A model generated the notes under the pieces. That model was not told the origin of the DNA and searched no databases. It saw only the letters and a list, made by a program, of their open reading frames with translations. The position numbers and the translations under genes are program-made. This document shows positions 1 through 20,837 of a DNA stretch of 64,000 nt, piece by piece (position 1 is the first letter of the stretch; each line of letters opens with the position of its first letter). The stretch comes from the human T2T-CHM13v2.0 reference genome, Homo sapiens: the NCBI RefSeq assembly GCF_009914755.1, contig NC_060940.1; one strand, written 5' to 3'.

Positions 1-249
1 CAGGCCTCCCTTATACCCATCTCCACCTGTATGGTAAGTCTCTCGGCAAACTCATCCTCCCAGAATTCTCCTAATTGAGTGGTTCATCTCCTTCCTATTG
101 GGAGCCCAACTGAGAACAAACTTCACATTCACTTCTCAGAAGTCTTGAGTCATTTTACAGATATGTACTGTGTTTCTAGAAGTGTGTTCCAGGTACTGTG
201 CAGGGAGCAATCCTGGTAGTGTCTCTGTTCCCATGAGGTCCTGCCCTGT

Positions 250-410
250 CTCTATGGTCCAGGGCAGCATCTGGGGCCTTGGTAAATGTGGAGATTCATG
301 AGCCCTGCCCTAGCCCCAGAGAATCGCAAACTCTGGGGAAAGGACCCCAGAGTCTGCAATTTTTAACAGAATTCTCAGGGGTTCTCAATAGGCCAAGCTC
401 AAAGCTGCCA
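250..410. mobile_element. MER5-like hAT-Charlie DNA transposon relic
   Basis: Degenerate motifs 'gtaaatgtggagattc...ccccagagaatc...tctgcaatttttaacag' resemble the MER5 consensus; boundaries approximate. Confidence 0.5.
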
Positions 411-1964
411 GTGCAGTGGCTCATGATGCTTTGTAACACCTTACACTAAGCAGAAGAGGGACCTGCCTGGCAAGCACAGCACTGGCATCATGGACACAGT
501 CTGCCCAACTGGTCAGCAACCAGTAGAGTGCCCAGTGTCCAAGCCATCCGCATCAGAGGTTAAGGATTTAGAAGATCACTCCTGAATTCTTAAGAACTAG
601 CTGATGTGTTCATTTTTCTCCACTTATAATTTTCTGCTCTTTGCAATGTATCGCCAATCCCTCCATATTGTAACAACACAATAATAATTTCAAAACCAGT
701 AATCTGTTATGCATATGCTTACAGTGTGACTGCTCCCTCCCTCCCCTGCTCTCTCTCCCTCCTCTATCTTCCTCCCTCTCCTTTTCTCTCTCTCCCTATA
801 TTAGCTGTAGCAAGTCCCGCTTTATAAAAAATCTATATATTTCTTAAAAAACATAAGTTGGTAGCAATTACTTATTTCATTTGAAAATTGCATTGCTTTT
901 CCTTAACAAGGTCCCTGGCATAGTGACAGCATGATTTAGTGGACAAGAAAAGCAGGAGGCACAACTAGTAAAGGATTCATCCGTGTTTTGAAATGAAGCA
1001 GAGCTGTGTTTCTCATCTGGAGACCTGCTCATCTGGGTGCCCCTTACTCTGACTCCAATGAAGGTTCCTGACTCTGTCGCTGGGGTTTCCCATCCATCCA
1101 AGATTTACTGAGCCCTGTGCTGTCTTCGTGGGGCCGTGATGGTAAAGAGAACCCCATTCCCCCACCTGTGGGGGACGTTTAGTCTCATACCTCTTTACTC
1201 TTCATGAATACATGCATTTTTTTTCTCCCTGAGTTTTGAGATGTTTAAAAATTCCTTTATCTTACTTCTTGAATGCAGCATTCAATACATTGCAATAGGT
1301 AAAATGTTACCGCCGTCGATCGTGAATTCCATTGCACAATATAAAAGCCCTCATTTGCTTTCCTTTTGGATTGGATTTCGAAATGGGTCAAATGTTTACA
1401 GAAATGGCCCAAACTGTACAAATAAACTGTAGCTCTAGTGAGGGAGGCAGTTTACATTACTCTCAGTCAGATGAATATGGAAGCTGCAGCCTGTCCTTTG
1501 AAAACCACTTCAAGCACTGTGCGTGTGAGTTCTGTGCCCCGTCTGGGATCCCTCAATTCCATCAAAAAGCTTCGGGAAAGGCATGGCGATCCTATAAATC
1601 CACACATCCATCCACAACCAGCTGGGTGGCTCTTGTCCTCCACTAGGTCAAACAAACAGGGGTTTTCACCCAGGCATCCTGCAATGCCCACATGGCGTGG
1701 ACCTTCCCCAAGCTCCCTTCCCTTGAGGTCACCTGCACTGCTCACTCGGAGCTGCCATTGTTCACCCGAAGCACCTGGAGAGCAGGAACTGGGCCTTGCT
1801 CTCTCATATTTGGCACATGTGGCCTGGAGCCTTTGCACATAGTTGATCTTCACTTGTTTGCTAATCCAATCCCCTATTTTACAGACGGGGAAACAGAGGC
1901 ACTGAAAGTCCTGCGTGCCTTGTGTAAGTAGATGTGGGCCCTATCACCTGAGTTTCAGAACAAT

Positions 1965-2330
1965 GCCTGTGCTGGTTATAAAGCTCTTGTCTCTCAGCTC
2001 CAGAACCATCTGCAGTGGGAATTAGAATGGGCCCCAATTCAGTATTGGGGAATACTGGAGTCCTTAAAAGAAGAAGAGATGCACAGGGAGGGGACAGGCC
2101 ACAAGAGGATGGAGACAGAGATTGGAGCACTGCAGCCGCAAGACAAGGACAGCCTGGAGCCACCAGGAGCTGGAAGAGGCAGGAAGGATTCTCCCCTAGA
2201 GCACTCAGAGGGAGCTGACACATTGACTTTGGACTTCTGGCCTCTAGAATGTGGGGGAATACGTTTCTGTTGCTGTGAGTCACCCAGGTCATGGTATTTT
2301 GTTACGGCAGTCCCCGGGCCCTCATACACT
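1965..2330 (+). mobile_element. MLT1 (MaLR) solo LTR
   Basis: Typical MLT1 blocks 'gctggaagaggcaggaaggattctcccctagagc', 'gacttctggcctctagaatgtg', 'tttgttacggcag'. Confidence 0.8.
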
Positions 2331-2844
2331 GTCCTTCTGTTCTTTGCATAGTGATGCTCCAGTGGGGCTGGGCAACCCCACTTCACCATTGCCAGCTGCT
2401 CCCTGTTTGGTTACACAAATAGGGGGCGCTAGAGGGCAACGCAGGAGAAGGCAGGAGAGCCGAGCTCCTTCCCCTCCCATCAGCATCCCAGCATCAATGA
2501 GTTTCACCTTGTCAGAAGCAGCTGGTTCCACTTTCCAGAATCTCTTCCCCCATCCATGCTGCACCCCTCCACCCCCACCCTTCAGAGACGCCAGCCTCAG
2601 CTGCTTAGCTTTGTTTCCTCGAGGGTCTGGGTCTTACCTCCATAGGACCCCTCCTCCAAGCTCCCAAATTCTCCTAACCTCAACCTCTTCCCTTTGTCGT
2701 CCTAGCCCTGGAGGTGTTAGCTGAGTCCATCTGTAATTCTTGCCTCTGCAGTATCTTAAAGTTCCCTTTTGCCTCTTTTCAGTGTTCCAATAACTAGATT
2801 TTAAAACATATTTATATTAAATTCTCTGTGTTAAAATAACTGAT

Positions 2845-3374
<530 letters not shown>

Positions 3375-3621
3375 TGATGTACATTATTTAAATAGTGAGG
3401 ATGAAATAAACACTCCTTATGATGATAATGACAGCTATCACTTTGAACCTTTCCCATGTGCTAACCTGTACTAAGTATTTAATCATCATAATATTTTACT
3501 CACTATTCTATGGTGTCTATTTTAGTGATGGAGAAGCTGAGCCTCAAAGTGGTTATGTTGCTTGGTATTAAAGATAGCAAAGGGTAGAAATCAAATTTAT
3601 TGGACTGATTTTTAACAAAAT

Positions 3622-3907
<286 letters not shown>

Positions 3908-3909
3908 TG

Positions 3910-6920
<3,011 letters not shown>

Positions 6921-7857
6921 GGGAAAAGTCGAACTCAAGCCTATCCTACTTTCATAACCCCTGCCTTTTCAACCTTGCTTCCCCACCCAGCTGCCTCCAT
7001 TATCTTTGCTGTAGGAACATTCGCCAACATGACCCTCAGTGTCAAATTCACAGCTGCACTTGGGACCTTCTAGCATAAGATATGTTGACCTTCTCCCCAG
7101 CCTTCCTCAGTTAATCATGGTTGAGAAGACTCACTGGGCCGCTAGTGTATTATCTCACATTCTTCTGGGGAATAACCTCCAAGTCTTTTCCCAACTGAAG
7201 GTTGACTCAAAGCGTGGGCCATCTAACCACTAACTCAGGAGGCCTCAGCAGCCATCTGACCCAAGGTTTCTTCACACGACACTTCACGTTCATTTTCCAT
7301 TATTTAGTCCTCTCCTGAAGAGACACTCAGGAGAGAGGCATTTTAATCCCTCTTTGCTCTATGACTTCTTGGGTGGCCCAAGGAAAATAGATCAGCACAT
7401 ACTAAAAACCCTCAATCTCCTCATTCAGGAAGAGAACAAACATGTGGAAGAGAGTAGCTCCAGGCGCACCCAGGTCTCAAGAGGCCAGGAGGTAGCAGGA
7501 GAGGTAACAAGAGCCAAAGGTCAAGGTCACTTCTCTGGTGGCTTGCTATTTGGTAGTAAATTACAGAAATAGACGGTAACAGGCACAAGACGTCTCTTTC
7601 TGCCTGATTTTTCCATACAAAAGCTATATGTTCTGCAGAGAAATTGAGTGTTACATCAATGAATACAACTAAAAATTGATAAAAGCTCCCCAACCACCCC
7701 CATTTGTAATATGGAGATAATAACAGCACCCACCTCACAGCACTATTGTGGTTAGATGGCATCACGTGTATGAACTGATGTGCCTAGTGCCTGGCCTAGT
7801 AGTAAACTTCACATAATAATCATCCTTATATTTAGAATTATTGTTTCCTTAATCTTT

Positions 7858-8161
7858 TTTTTATTTTTATTTTTATTTTTTTGAGACAGTCTCACTCTGT
7901 CACCCAGGCTGGAGTGCAGTGGTGCAATCTTGACTCACTGCAACCTCTGCCTCCAGGTTCAAGTGATTCTCTTGCCTTAGCCTCCTGAGTAGCTGGTATT
8001 AGAGGCATGCACCATGATGCCTGGCTAATTTTTGTATTTCTAATAGAGATGGAGTTTCCCCTTGTTGGCCAGACTGGTCTCGAACTCCTGACCTCAGGTG
8101 ATCTGCCCGCCTCGGCCTCCCAAAGTGGTGGGATTACAGTCATGAGCCACCACGCCCGGCC
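7858..8161 (-). mobile_element. AluS, full length
   Basis: Alu reverse complement; TSD cctta(a/g)tcttt. Confidence 0.95.
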
Positions 8162-10264
8162 CCTTAGTCTTTCATTCAACCAGTTTTCCTTTTGGTCATC
8201 CATCAAAGCTATTACAGAACAATTTTTTTCAAATACAGATGAGAGTCTTTGTACAGTTTCTTTCAGTTCTAAATCCCTATGACTTCAAATTCATTTTTCC
8301 ACATTAAATTTGGGAAAAGGGGCAGCATTTGGAAAGTCCCATGGAAGACCAGAAACTGGAAGTTATAAAATCCTGAGCCATGACATCAGGATGTGGCAGC
8401 ATTGTTTACACGAGGGATTGTCTCTTCCAGTAACCGAGGCCTCCCAGTCATCAACAATAGAGGCCAAAGGAGGTAAAATTATACAAATCTGGAAACCAAG
8501 ACTTGATTTTCTCCTAGTTAGTATTTGAAATTGGGCTTAAGACATTGGTACAGCCAGGGAAATATTCAAAGCATCTTTTAGCTCACCCCTAAGGCAGCTT
8601 TGGATTTTGTCCGAGAATGGTCTGGTGTGAAAAGGAAGGAGGTTCTTAAGGACCTGAAAAATGCCTGAACTTAACTGAAGAAGTTGGAAATTTTTATGAA
8701 CTGAAACTGTGCTTGTGATTATACAGCTTCCCTGAGGCCTCCTGTGAGTGGGGAATGCCAGTTCTATCCCTTTTAGTGATTGCACAGAAAGAGAAATATT
8801 TGGCTATTCACGTTCCTCTTCCATCGTGGCCACTTCCAAATCTCTGTATTCCATCTTGACTATCTCTTGGAAGTCTTGCTGCTATTGTATGTCACCACAA
8901 TGGATGGATTCCACTATTTTTCCTCTACCAGCAAGAGGGCCTTTAACCCTGGTCCCATCATCTTCCTCTTCACCCCATCTCCAGCACCCATGGATAAGCC
9001 TTCCAATTTGTGGGCCTCCCAGGGACCTGGCCATCCCAATTCTGGTACTCTTTGCCTAGTATTTAAGTTTAGGTTGGGTTGCCTGTGTGTGATATGAGAG
9101 TGTGGAATCAACCTTTGTCTGGTCTAAGCCACTGTTAATTTGGGTCTCTGTTATTAAGCAGAAGCTTCTTCCTGAATATTACAAATGAGAGCCTGTTCCC
9201 TGCTAGCAAACAATAAGACCGAGAGAGGAAATGGCCGTGAGTTGACCTACGTGGGCAAGGGAACAGATGACTTCGCAGAATTCCAGTGTCCTCAAGCTTG
9301 GCATGCAAATGGTCACCACACCTGAAGGGCCAAATGGACAGGAAGAATGGGCATCTCAGTGCACATCAACTTCAAGGGCAGGTGGAATTCCCTCTGACAC
9401 TTAGTGCCACATGAATCTAACAGCTCTCAGATATTACCCTAGCAAAGGTGAATGGAAGACCCCAGAAGTGATTGTGATTTAGTGAAATAGAAGCTCAAAT
9501 TTGGGGTGAGGTTAAGTTATAAAAAAAATTAAGACATATTTAATGCACAACCAAAATTTGGACTAAGAAGGCAAGGCTTAGTGTCAGTATCCTCTTCCCT
9601 CTCACCCTCGCCCACAGTAATCACAGATGCCACCTTTATTCAGGTGAGTCCTATACCCCTCTTCTGTAGCTCCTCCTACACCCTCAGATTCCAGAGCTGC
9701 AAAACGTTTCACCGCAAAGGGATCTTCATTTTACAGAAGAAGAACCTGAGGATGGAGAGGGTCTGGAACTTGAAATTGAGCTGAGTTCCTACCCAGAGCT
9801 GTCACTGCTTCATCACTCACCTCTACAGCTCCGTGGGGACTGAGGGATATTTACAGATGGGGGCAAAACTGGTCAAATGCACCCAGCTGAGTCAGGTGGT
9901 ACAGGGCACCTTCTGAAATGTAGATAAATCTGTTTCAGGGAATTACTAAACTAGGGTGCTGGGAAGATTGCTTCATTCACTCAAGGGACATTGTTACCTT
10001 AGACAACTGGAGACTATAGGGCCCATGGCACACCCTACAGTCAATTACTCAATTATTTTGCTAATAGGTGATGTAGGTGAAAGTCAGTTATTTCTATGCA
10101 GACAAAGTGAGGGAGAGATTCAACAATTATGTAAAAAATCTCAGAATAAGCAACATCTTTGGATATGTTAAGGGGGAGCAAATGACCAACAACCATCCTT
10201 TTTCTGGATATCAATAAATGTAAGTTTAAATTACCCAGATGTTTGAATCTCTGTCTATGTGTGT

Positions 10265-10445
10265 ATTATCTAGCCATCTATCCACCCGCCCAACCATCCA
10301 TCTAGCTAGCTAGCTCTATCTAGCTAGCAGCTCTGGAATCTGAGGATGTAGGAGGAGCTATCCAGCTATCTAATGTATCTATTATCTGTCTATCTATATC
10401 AATCTATCTATCTGTCTATCTATCTACCTATCTATCATCTCTATA
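10265..10445. repeat. Degenerate (TATC)n/(TAGC)n microsatellite
   Basis: tatctatc and ctagctag runs visible. Confidence 0.8.
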
Positions 10446-10509
10446 AACCAGATGAAGCTCCTCCATCTCTGTCTTGCTAAAAACCAAAAACAAAAACAAA
10501 TTTCCTTAA

Positions 10510-10915
10510 GTATCCCTCACAGAGGTGACTCCAACACCACCACGGAAACAAATCCTCATTAGTCCAAGCCAACCATGTAGGTCCACTCCCCCAATCAATG
10601 GTTTAGCAATGGCCATGTGACCTACTTCTGGCCAACGAGACATGGGACATGATTCTCTTATTGAATGAAGGTGATATAAGAGAAGGAGGTTTCCTTCTTG
10701 CTCCCTGTCCTGGAACTGCTGCAGCCGTTGTGACCAACCTGAGGATGGAGCCAAGAGTGAAGAGGTGGAAAGATGGAAAGAACATGGTTCCTTGATGATA
10801 TTGTAGAATGCTGCAGTCCACCAGAAACCTGAGCCAACTTGAGAACCCGCACCACTTCTGGACTTGCCTTGTATGACATTATACATTTCCTTATTGTTTA
10901 AGCTAACTGAGGCCA
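10510..10915 (+). mobile_element. Old MLT1-type LTR relic
   Basis: 'ggccatgtgacctacttctggccaacgagac', 'ccttgatgatattgtaga', 'ttccttattgtttaagc'. Confidence 0.55.
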
Positions 10916-11029
10916 ATCAGCCTAAGGCTTCTTAAGTGATGTCAGTGTACTGTGGAATAACCTAGTATTTCCAACATTTTAGTCATTCAGTTTCCACCTT
11001 TCAGATGCTTTCTTATCTATATACCTCCT

Positions 11030-11430
11030 GTGATAGATATTATTTGAGCTGATCAATATTTCTATTCTTTTCTGGACATATGAAAGACTTCATTTCCCAG
11101 TACTCTTTGCAGGTGACCTGGGCCACGTGACTAGTTCTGGCCAATGGGGTTTGTGGAAAGGTGATGTGTCACTTCCTGGTCAATGCTTCACTTCCTAGTC
11201 AAAGGATTTAATTGCTTATGAAAGAACTTCGGAGCCACTTTCCCTGTATTGTGGCAAACCTTGACACTTAATTCTGAGCTAGCACTCAAGATGAAGCTAT
11301 CACTTCAAGATGGAAGCAGCCTAGAATGCTGTCTCCACACAGGAGTGATGACATGGAGAGTTGACCAGACCCACACAGCAAAATAAACCTTCGTTGTGTT
11401 CAGTCACTAAAATGTTGGGGGATAACTGCA
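11030..11430 (+). mobile_element. Old MLT1-type LTR relic
   Basis: 'gggccacgtgactagttctggccaatgg', 'aaataaaccttcgttgtgttcagtcact'. Confidence 0.6.
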
Positions 11431-11735
11431 GAATAATACTACCCACTTTTAATCTCTGCTTTTACTCAGTGAACATTTCTCTTTAACTAACTGACATTTC
11501 TACTTAAATAAACTTAATAAACTTGATACAACTACTGTGAACAGAAAACCAATGTCTCTTAAAAATACATAATACAAACAAAGCAATGTTGTTACATTCT
11601 TGCTAGATGTTGCCTCCTCCCTGAGATCAGCTCACCTTGTTATGAAGGGAGACAGGTAAATAGAAGTGTGAAAGATATATTAGCTCCAAACCGAGACTTC
11701 ATTCTGGAGTTAAACAGATGTATTGAAAAAGAATT

Positions 11736-12643
11736 GGGGAGGAGCCAAGATGGCCGAATAGGAAGAGCTCCAGTCTACAGCTCCCAGCGTGAGCGACGCA
11801 GAAGACGGGTGATTTCTGCATTTCCATCTGAGGTACCGGGTTCATCTCACTACGGAGTGCCAGACAGTGGGCGCAGGTCAGTGGGTGCGCGCACCGTGCG
11901 CGAGCCGAAGCAGGGCAAGGCATTGCCTCACTTGGGAAGCGCAAGGGGTCAGGGAGTTCCCTGTCTGAGTCAAAGAAAGGGGTGACAGATGGCACCTGGA
12001 AAATCGGGTCACTCCCACCCGAATACTGCGCTTTTCCGACGGGCTTAAAAAAAACGGCGCACCACGAGATTATATCCCGCACCTGGCTCGGAGGGTCCTA
12101 CGCCCAGGGAGTCTCACTAATTGCTAGCACAGCAGTCTGACATCAAACTGCAAGGCAGCAGCGAGGCTGGGGGAGGGGCGCCCGCCATTGCCCAGGCTTG
12201 CTTAGGTAAACAAAGCAGCCGGGAAGCTCGAACTGGGTGGAGCCCACCACAGCTCAAGGAGGCCTGCCTGCCTCTGTAGGCTCCACCTCTGGGGGCAGGG
12301 CACAGACAAACAAAAAGACAGCAGTAACCTCTGCAGACTTAAATGTCCCTGTCTGACAGCTTTGAAGAGAGCAGTGGTTCTCCCAGCACACAGCTGGAGA
12401 CCTGAGAACGGGCAGACTGCCTCCTCAAGTGGGTCCCTGACCCCTGACCCCCGAGCAGCCTAACTGGGAGGCACCCCCCAGCAGGGGCACACTGACACCT
12501 CACACGGCAGGGTACTCCAACAGACCTGCAGCTGAGGGTCCTCTCTGTTAGAAGGAAAACTAACAAACAGAAAGGACATCCACACCAAAAACCCATCTGT
12601 ACATCACCATCATCAAAGACCAAAAGTAGATAAAACCACAAAG
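11736..12643 (+). promoter_or_regulatory. L1 5'UTR internal sense and antisense promoter
   Basis: CpG-rich 5'UTR with an intact YY1 site caagatggcc at 11746-11755. Confidence 0.85.
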
Positions 12644-13657
12644 ATGGGGAAAAAACAGAACAAAAAACTGGAAACTCTAAAAAGCAGAGTGCCTCTCCTC
12701 CTCCAAAGGAAGGCAGTTCCTCACCAGCAATGGAACAAAGCTGGATGGGGAATGACTGACGAGCTGAGAGAAGAAGGCTTCAGACGATCAAATTACTCTG
12801 AGCTACGGGAGGACATTCAAACCAAAGGCAAAGAAGTTGAAAACTTTGAAAAAAATTTAGAAGAATGTATAACTAGAATAACCAATACAGAGAAGTGCTT
12901 AAAGGAGCTGATGGAGCTGAAAACCAAGGCTCCAGAACTACGTGAAGAATGCAGAAGCCTCAGGAGCCGATGCGATCAACTGGAAGAAAGGGTATCAGCG
13001 ATGGAAGACGAAATGAATGAAATGAAGCGAGAAGGGAAGTCTAGAGAAAAAAGAATTAAAAGAAATGAGCAAAGCCTCCAAGAAATATGGGACTATGTGA
13101 AAAGACCAAATCTACGTCTGATTGGTGTACCTGAAAGTGATGGGGAGAATGGAACCAAGTTGGAAAACACTCTGCAGGATATTATCCAGGAGAACTTCCC
13201 CAATCTAGCAAGGCAGGCCAACGTTCAGATTCAGGAAATACAGAGAATGCCACAACGATACTCCTCGAGAAGAGCAACTCCAAGACACGTAATTGTCAGA
13301 TTCAGCAAAGTTGAAATGAAGGAAAAAATGTTAAGGACAGCCAGAGAGAAAGGTCGGGTTACCCTCAAAGGGAAGCCCATCAGACTAACAGCGGATCTCT
13401 CGGCAGAAACCCTACAAGCCAGAAGAGAGTGGGGGCCAATATTCAACATTTTTGAAGAAAAGTGTTTTCAACCCAGAATTTCGTATCCAGCCAAACTAAG
13501 CTTCATAAGTGAAGGAGAAATAAAATACTTTACAGACAAGCAAATGCTGAGAGATTTTGTCACCACCAGGCCTGCCCTAAAAGAGCTCCTGAAGAAAGCG
13601 CTAAACATGGAAAGGAACAACCGGTACCAGCCGCTGCAAAATCATGCCAAAATGTAA
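12644..13657 (+). CDS. L1 ORF1p (RNA-binding chaperone), 337 aa, with a frameshifted N-terminal segment
   Basis: MGKKQN...coiled coil...RRM/CTD...RYQPLQNHAKM matches human ORF1p except about residues 7-38. Confidence 0.9.
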   Translation: MGKKQNKKLETLKSRVPLLLQRKAVPHQQWNKAGWGMTDELREEGFRRSNYSELREDIQTKGKEVENFEKNLEECITRITNTEKCLKELMELKTKAPELREECRSLRSRCDQLEERVSAMEDEMNEMKREGKSREKRIKRNEQSLQEIWDYVKRPNLRLIGVPESDGENGTKLENTLQDIIQENFPNLARQANVQIQEIQRMPQRYSSRRATPRHVIVRFSKVEMKEKMLRTAREKGRVTLKGKPIRLTADLSAETLQARREWGPIFNIFEEKCFQPRISYPAKLSFISEGEIKYFTDKQMLRDFVTTRPALKELLKKALNMERNNRYQPLQNHAKM

Positions 13658-13720
13658 AGACCATCGAGACTAGGAAGAAACTGCATCAACTAACGAGCAA
13701 AATCACCAGCTAACATCATA

Positions 13721-17547
<3,827 letters not shown>

Positions 17548-18483
17548 ACAATGAGATCACATGGACACAGAAAGGGGAATATCACACTCTGGGGACTGTG
17601 GTGGGGTTGGGGGAGGGGGGAGGGATAGCATTGGGAGGTATACCTAATGCTAGATGACGAGTTACTGGGTGCAGCGCACCAGCATGGCACATATATACAT
17701 ATGTAACTAACCTGCACAATGTGCACATGTACCCTAAAACTTAAAGTATAATAAAAAAGAAAAAGAAAAAGAAAAAGAATTAGAAAAAAAGACTTTCTAC
17801 TTGATTCAATAACTCCTGTGTCTGTTACCACCTAAAATCATCCTGTGCCCCGCTGACATGCATCTCACTCTTGGGGAAACAATGTTAATGGATGGGTGTC
17901 CAACTCTTAGGTCCTAATATTCCTTCATTGAATTTTTGTGGTGTGTGTTTCAATAATTAGGGTCCCTCTCTGTTTCTTTCAGTGTTGCTTGTATGTTTAC
18001 AACTGTTCCCATGAATTCCATTTCCTAGTGTGGTCATTTCATAGCATTTTTATAGCTGCTGCTACAGTGCTCCTGTTCCTCTTCCGTGCATATATTCAAA
18101 GATCCAGTTCATTTCCAAACATCAGCAGCGCCTGCTTGGTTCTAGGAATGTGTCTGGGGAACCAAAGGGCATGGAATTTTCTCCAGCTGTGGTATCAAGG
18201 GAAAGTGTCTTGGTGGAAACTGGGGAACTGTTTGAAACCTAGTTCAGCTGAGTCTGGTGACCCCAGCAAACAGCCTTTCAAGGTCTATCCTGAAACCTTA
18301 ACACAATGTAACTCTGTAATATTCACATTCTCTGGTTTATTTAGAGCCATAGCATTTTAATGCCAGAAAATCCCCATATTTCCTTTAATGACTGGTATTT
18401 AAATTGACTGAATAAAAAATATGATTTGGTACCATCTTTCCTATAGTAGAGCACTGCATAATGAAGGGATGTGAGAAGACAGG

Positions 18484-18915
18484 TGTCTTAGTCCATTTTC
18501 TGTTGCAATAGCTGTATACCCCAGATTGAGTAATTTATGAAGAATAGGGGTTTATTTAGCTCACCATTCTGGAGACTGGGAAATCCAAGAGCATGGTGCT
18601 GGCATCTGGTTGGCTTCTGGTAAGGGCCTCCACTGCATCATAACCTGGAGGAGAAGCAGAAGAGGAAGTGGGTGCTTATAGAAGGGGCAAAGATGAGAGA
18701 TGTCCTCACTTTATAACAACCTGCCTTTGTGGTGACCAATCTAGTCCTGCAAAAGCCATAACTCACTCCTTTGAGAATTAATCCTGTTTTGAAGGAGGGG
18801 CATTAATCCCTCTTAATGACCTAATCACCTCTTAAAGGCCCCACCTCCCAACATTGCTACGTGAGGGGCCAAACTTCTAACATAGACATTCTGAGGACAT
18901 ATTCAAACCATAGCA
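18484..18915 (-). mobile_element. MST/MLT1A-type MaLR solo LTR
   Basis: Termini tgtcttagtcc...attcaaaccatagca and internal MaLR motifs. Confidence 0.8.
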
Positions 18916-18942
18916 GCAAGTTTCTGTATAATTTGCTTTTTC

Positions 18943-19454
18943 TTTTCTTTTCTTTTATTATTATTATACTTTAAGTTTTAGGGTACATGTGCACAATGTG
19001 CAGGTTAGTTACATATGTATACATGTGCCATGCTGGTGTGCTGCACCCATTAACTCATCATTTAGCATTAGGTATATCTCCTAATGCTATCCCTCCCCTC
19101 TCCCCCCACTCCACAACAGTCCCCAGAGTGTGATGTTCCCCTTCCTGTGTCCATGTGTTCTCATTGTTCAATTCCCACCTATAAGTGAGAACATGCGGTG
19201 TTTGGTTTTTTGTCTTTGCGATAGTTTACTGAGAATGATGATTTCCAATTTCATCCATGTCCCTACAAAGGACATGAACTCATTTTTTGTGGCTGCATAG
19301 TATTCCATGGTGTATATGTGCCACATTTTCTTAATCCAGTCTATCATTGTTGGACACTTGGGTTGGTTCCAAGTCTTTGCTATTGTGAATAGTGCCGCAA
19401 TAAACATACGTGTGCATGTGTCTTCATAGCAGCATGATTTATAGTCCTTTGGGT
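18943..19454 (-). mobile_element. 5'-truncated L1PA3/4-like insertion (~510 bp)
   Basis: L1 3'UTR plus ORF2 C-terminus (PKDYKSCCY...SLIGGN); 14-bp TSD taatttgctttttc at 18929-18942 and 19455-19468. Confidence 0.93.
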
Positions 19455-19639
19455 TAATTTGCTTTTTCAAAGGAGGTCTCTATCTAGGGTTTACTTCAGA
19501 TATGCTGAAACTTGACTTTGAAGAGCCATGAAAACTATGAAGTTACTGCATCACTTTTATTCGCAAAGAGGCATTCAGGTTTCTTAAACACTGACTATGT
19601 GCTGGAAACAAAGAAGGAAAGCATCACCCAGTAGTAGGT

Positions 19640-19830
19640 GCTTCCTGTGTAACAGGTGCTGCTCTAAGCCTGTGTGCAGTAAGCAACACAGCCTCCACAA
19701 TAATCCTATGTGGCAGATATTATTCGTCTCATTTTACATGAGGCAAATGAGGCCCAGAAAGGTTGAGTTACTTGCCCAAGGTCACTCAGTAGTAAGTGGC
19801 AGAACTGGGATTCACACTCGGGCTCTGAGT
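19640..19830 (-). mobile_element. MIR SINE
   Basis: Core 'cattttacatgaggcaaatgaggcccagaaaggttgagttacttgcccaaggtcac'. One of many MIR fragments (others near 1870, 7700, 21400, 22650, 31970, 34570, 46810, 49170, 56150, 57770, 59760, 63600). Confidence 0.85.
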
Positions 19831-20800
19831 GATTTAGGAAGGAAAAGAAGTGCATTCCTACAGCAAATACCCATAAAATGACCCTGATTCCATCTTGGGG
19901 TCAGGGCAGGAGAAGTCTTGAGTGACTTCTCCTGCCCTGGAGTGAATGAACTCTGCAGGATTGGAAGTTCTTTCCAGCCTAAGGATCTGATGGGGGAAGA
20001 GATTGTCAGAGCATGTCCAGGCACACAAACGTGCCAGGAGAAGAGTACCCAGGGAGTGCCCCTGCTGTGCTCTGTGCCTGAGACAGTGGTGATGCTCGTA
20101 CACCAAAGCCAGACTTGCCCCATAACTGCTGACAGAGGCAAGAGAGCAAGGGACTGCCCTGAGTTTTCTGGTGTCAGAAGAGGGTCAGAGATGAAGGACT
20201 GTGGCACATTGCCTAAGAATGCAAGTGCCCTGAGCTCCCTGGTGCTGAAAGGCAGCTGCGGTGGGCTTTGGGGGCCAGTCAGGGAAATGTGGGAGTGTGG
20301 GCTTGCCCTTGTTTACTATAGAGGAAGGTGTAGGCCCTTCCCAGACAGGGATGAGCCTCCTGGGGGAAGTTCCAGAACTGGGGCACTATCTTTCCGGGTA
20401 AAACTCTACCCTGTTACTGCCCTGGTACTAGAAGGCAGCACAGACCCTGGGACAGGATCCAGCCACGTGACCCTGGTGAGCCTCAGAGTTCCTGTCTGAC
20501 CTCACTTTCTTCATCTCTGTAACAACAATAAAGAAAATCCCAACCTGAGAGGGTGTCACGAAGATTCAGGGGACGTAGCTGGGGTACTGGCACACAGCAA
20601 CAGCATTCTTAGGCCTCATTAACGTGGTGTTCTTAGAATTTTCCAGAATAATTTAATGGGTGCACATGCATGTGCACTCACACACGCACATGCACACACA
20701 TACACACAATTTTCATCGGGAAAATTGTTAATTTTCCTAGAATTTTCTAGAACAAAACTATGTAAGCATGCGTATGCATACGCTCTGTCTCTTTTTCTCT

Positions 20801-20801
<1 letters not shown>

Positions 20802-20835
<34 letters not shown>
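20802..20835. repeat. (CA)n microsatellite
   Basis: Visible directly. Confidence 0.95.

Positions 20836-20837
<2 letters not shown>

Noticed and set aside
11976-12188. L1 ORF0
   Set aside because: Premature TAG after 23 codons
20660-20785. Short perfect palindromes gtgcacatgcatgtgcac and gcgtatgcatacgc
   Set aside because: Arise readily within alternating purine-pyrimidine microsatellite-like sequence
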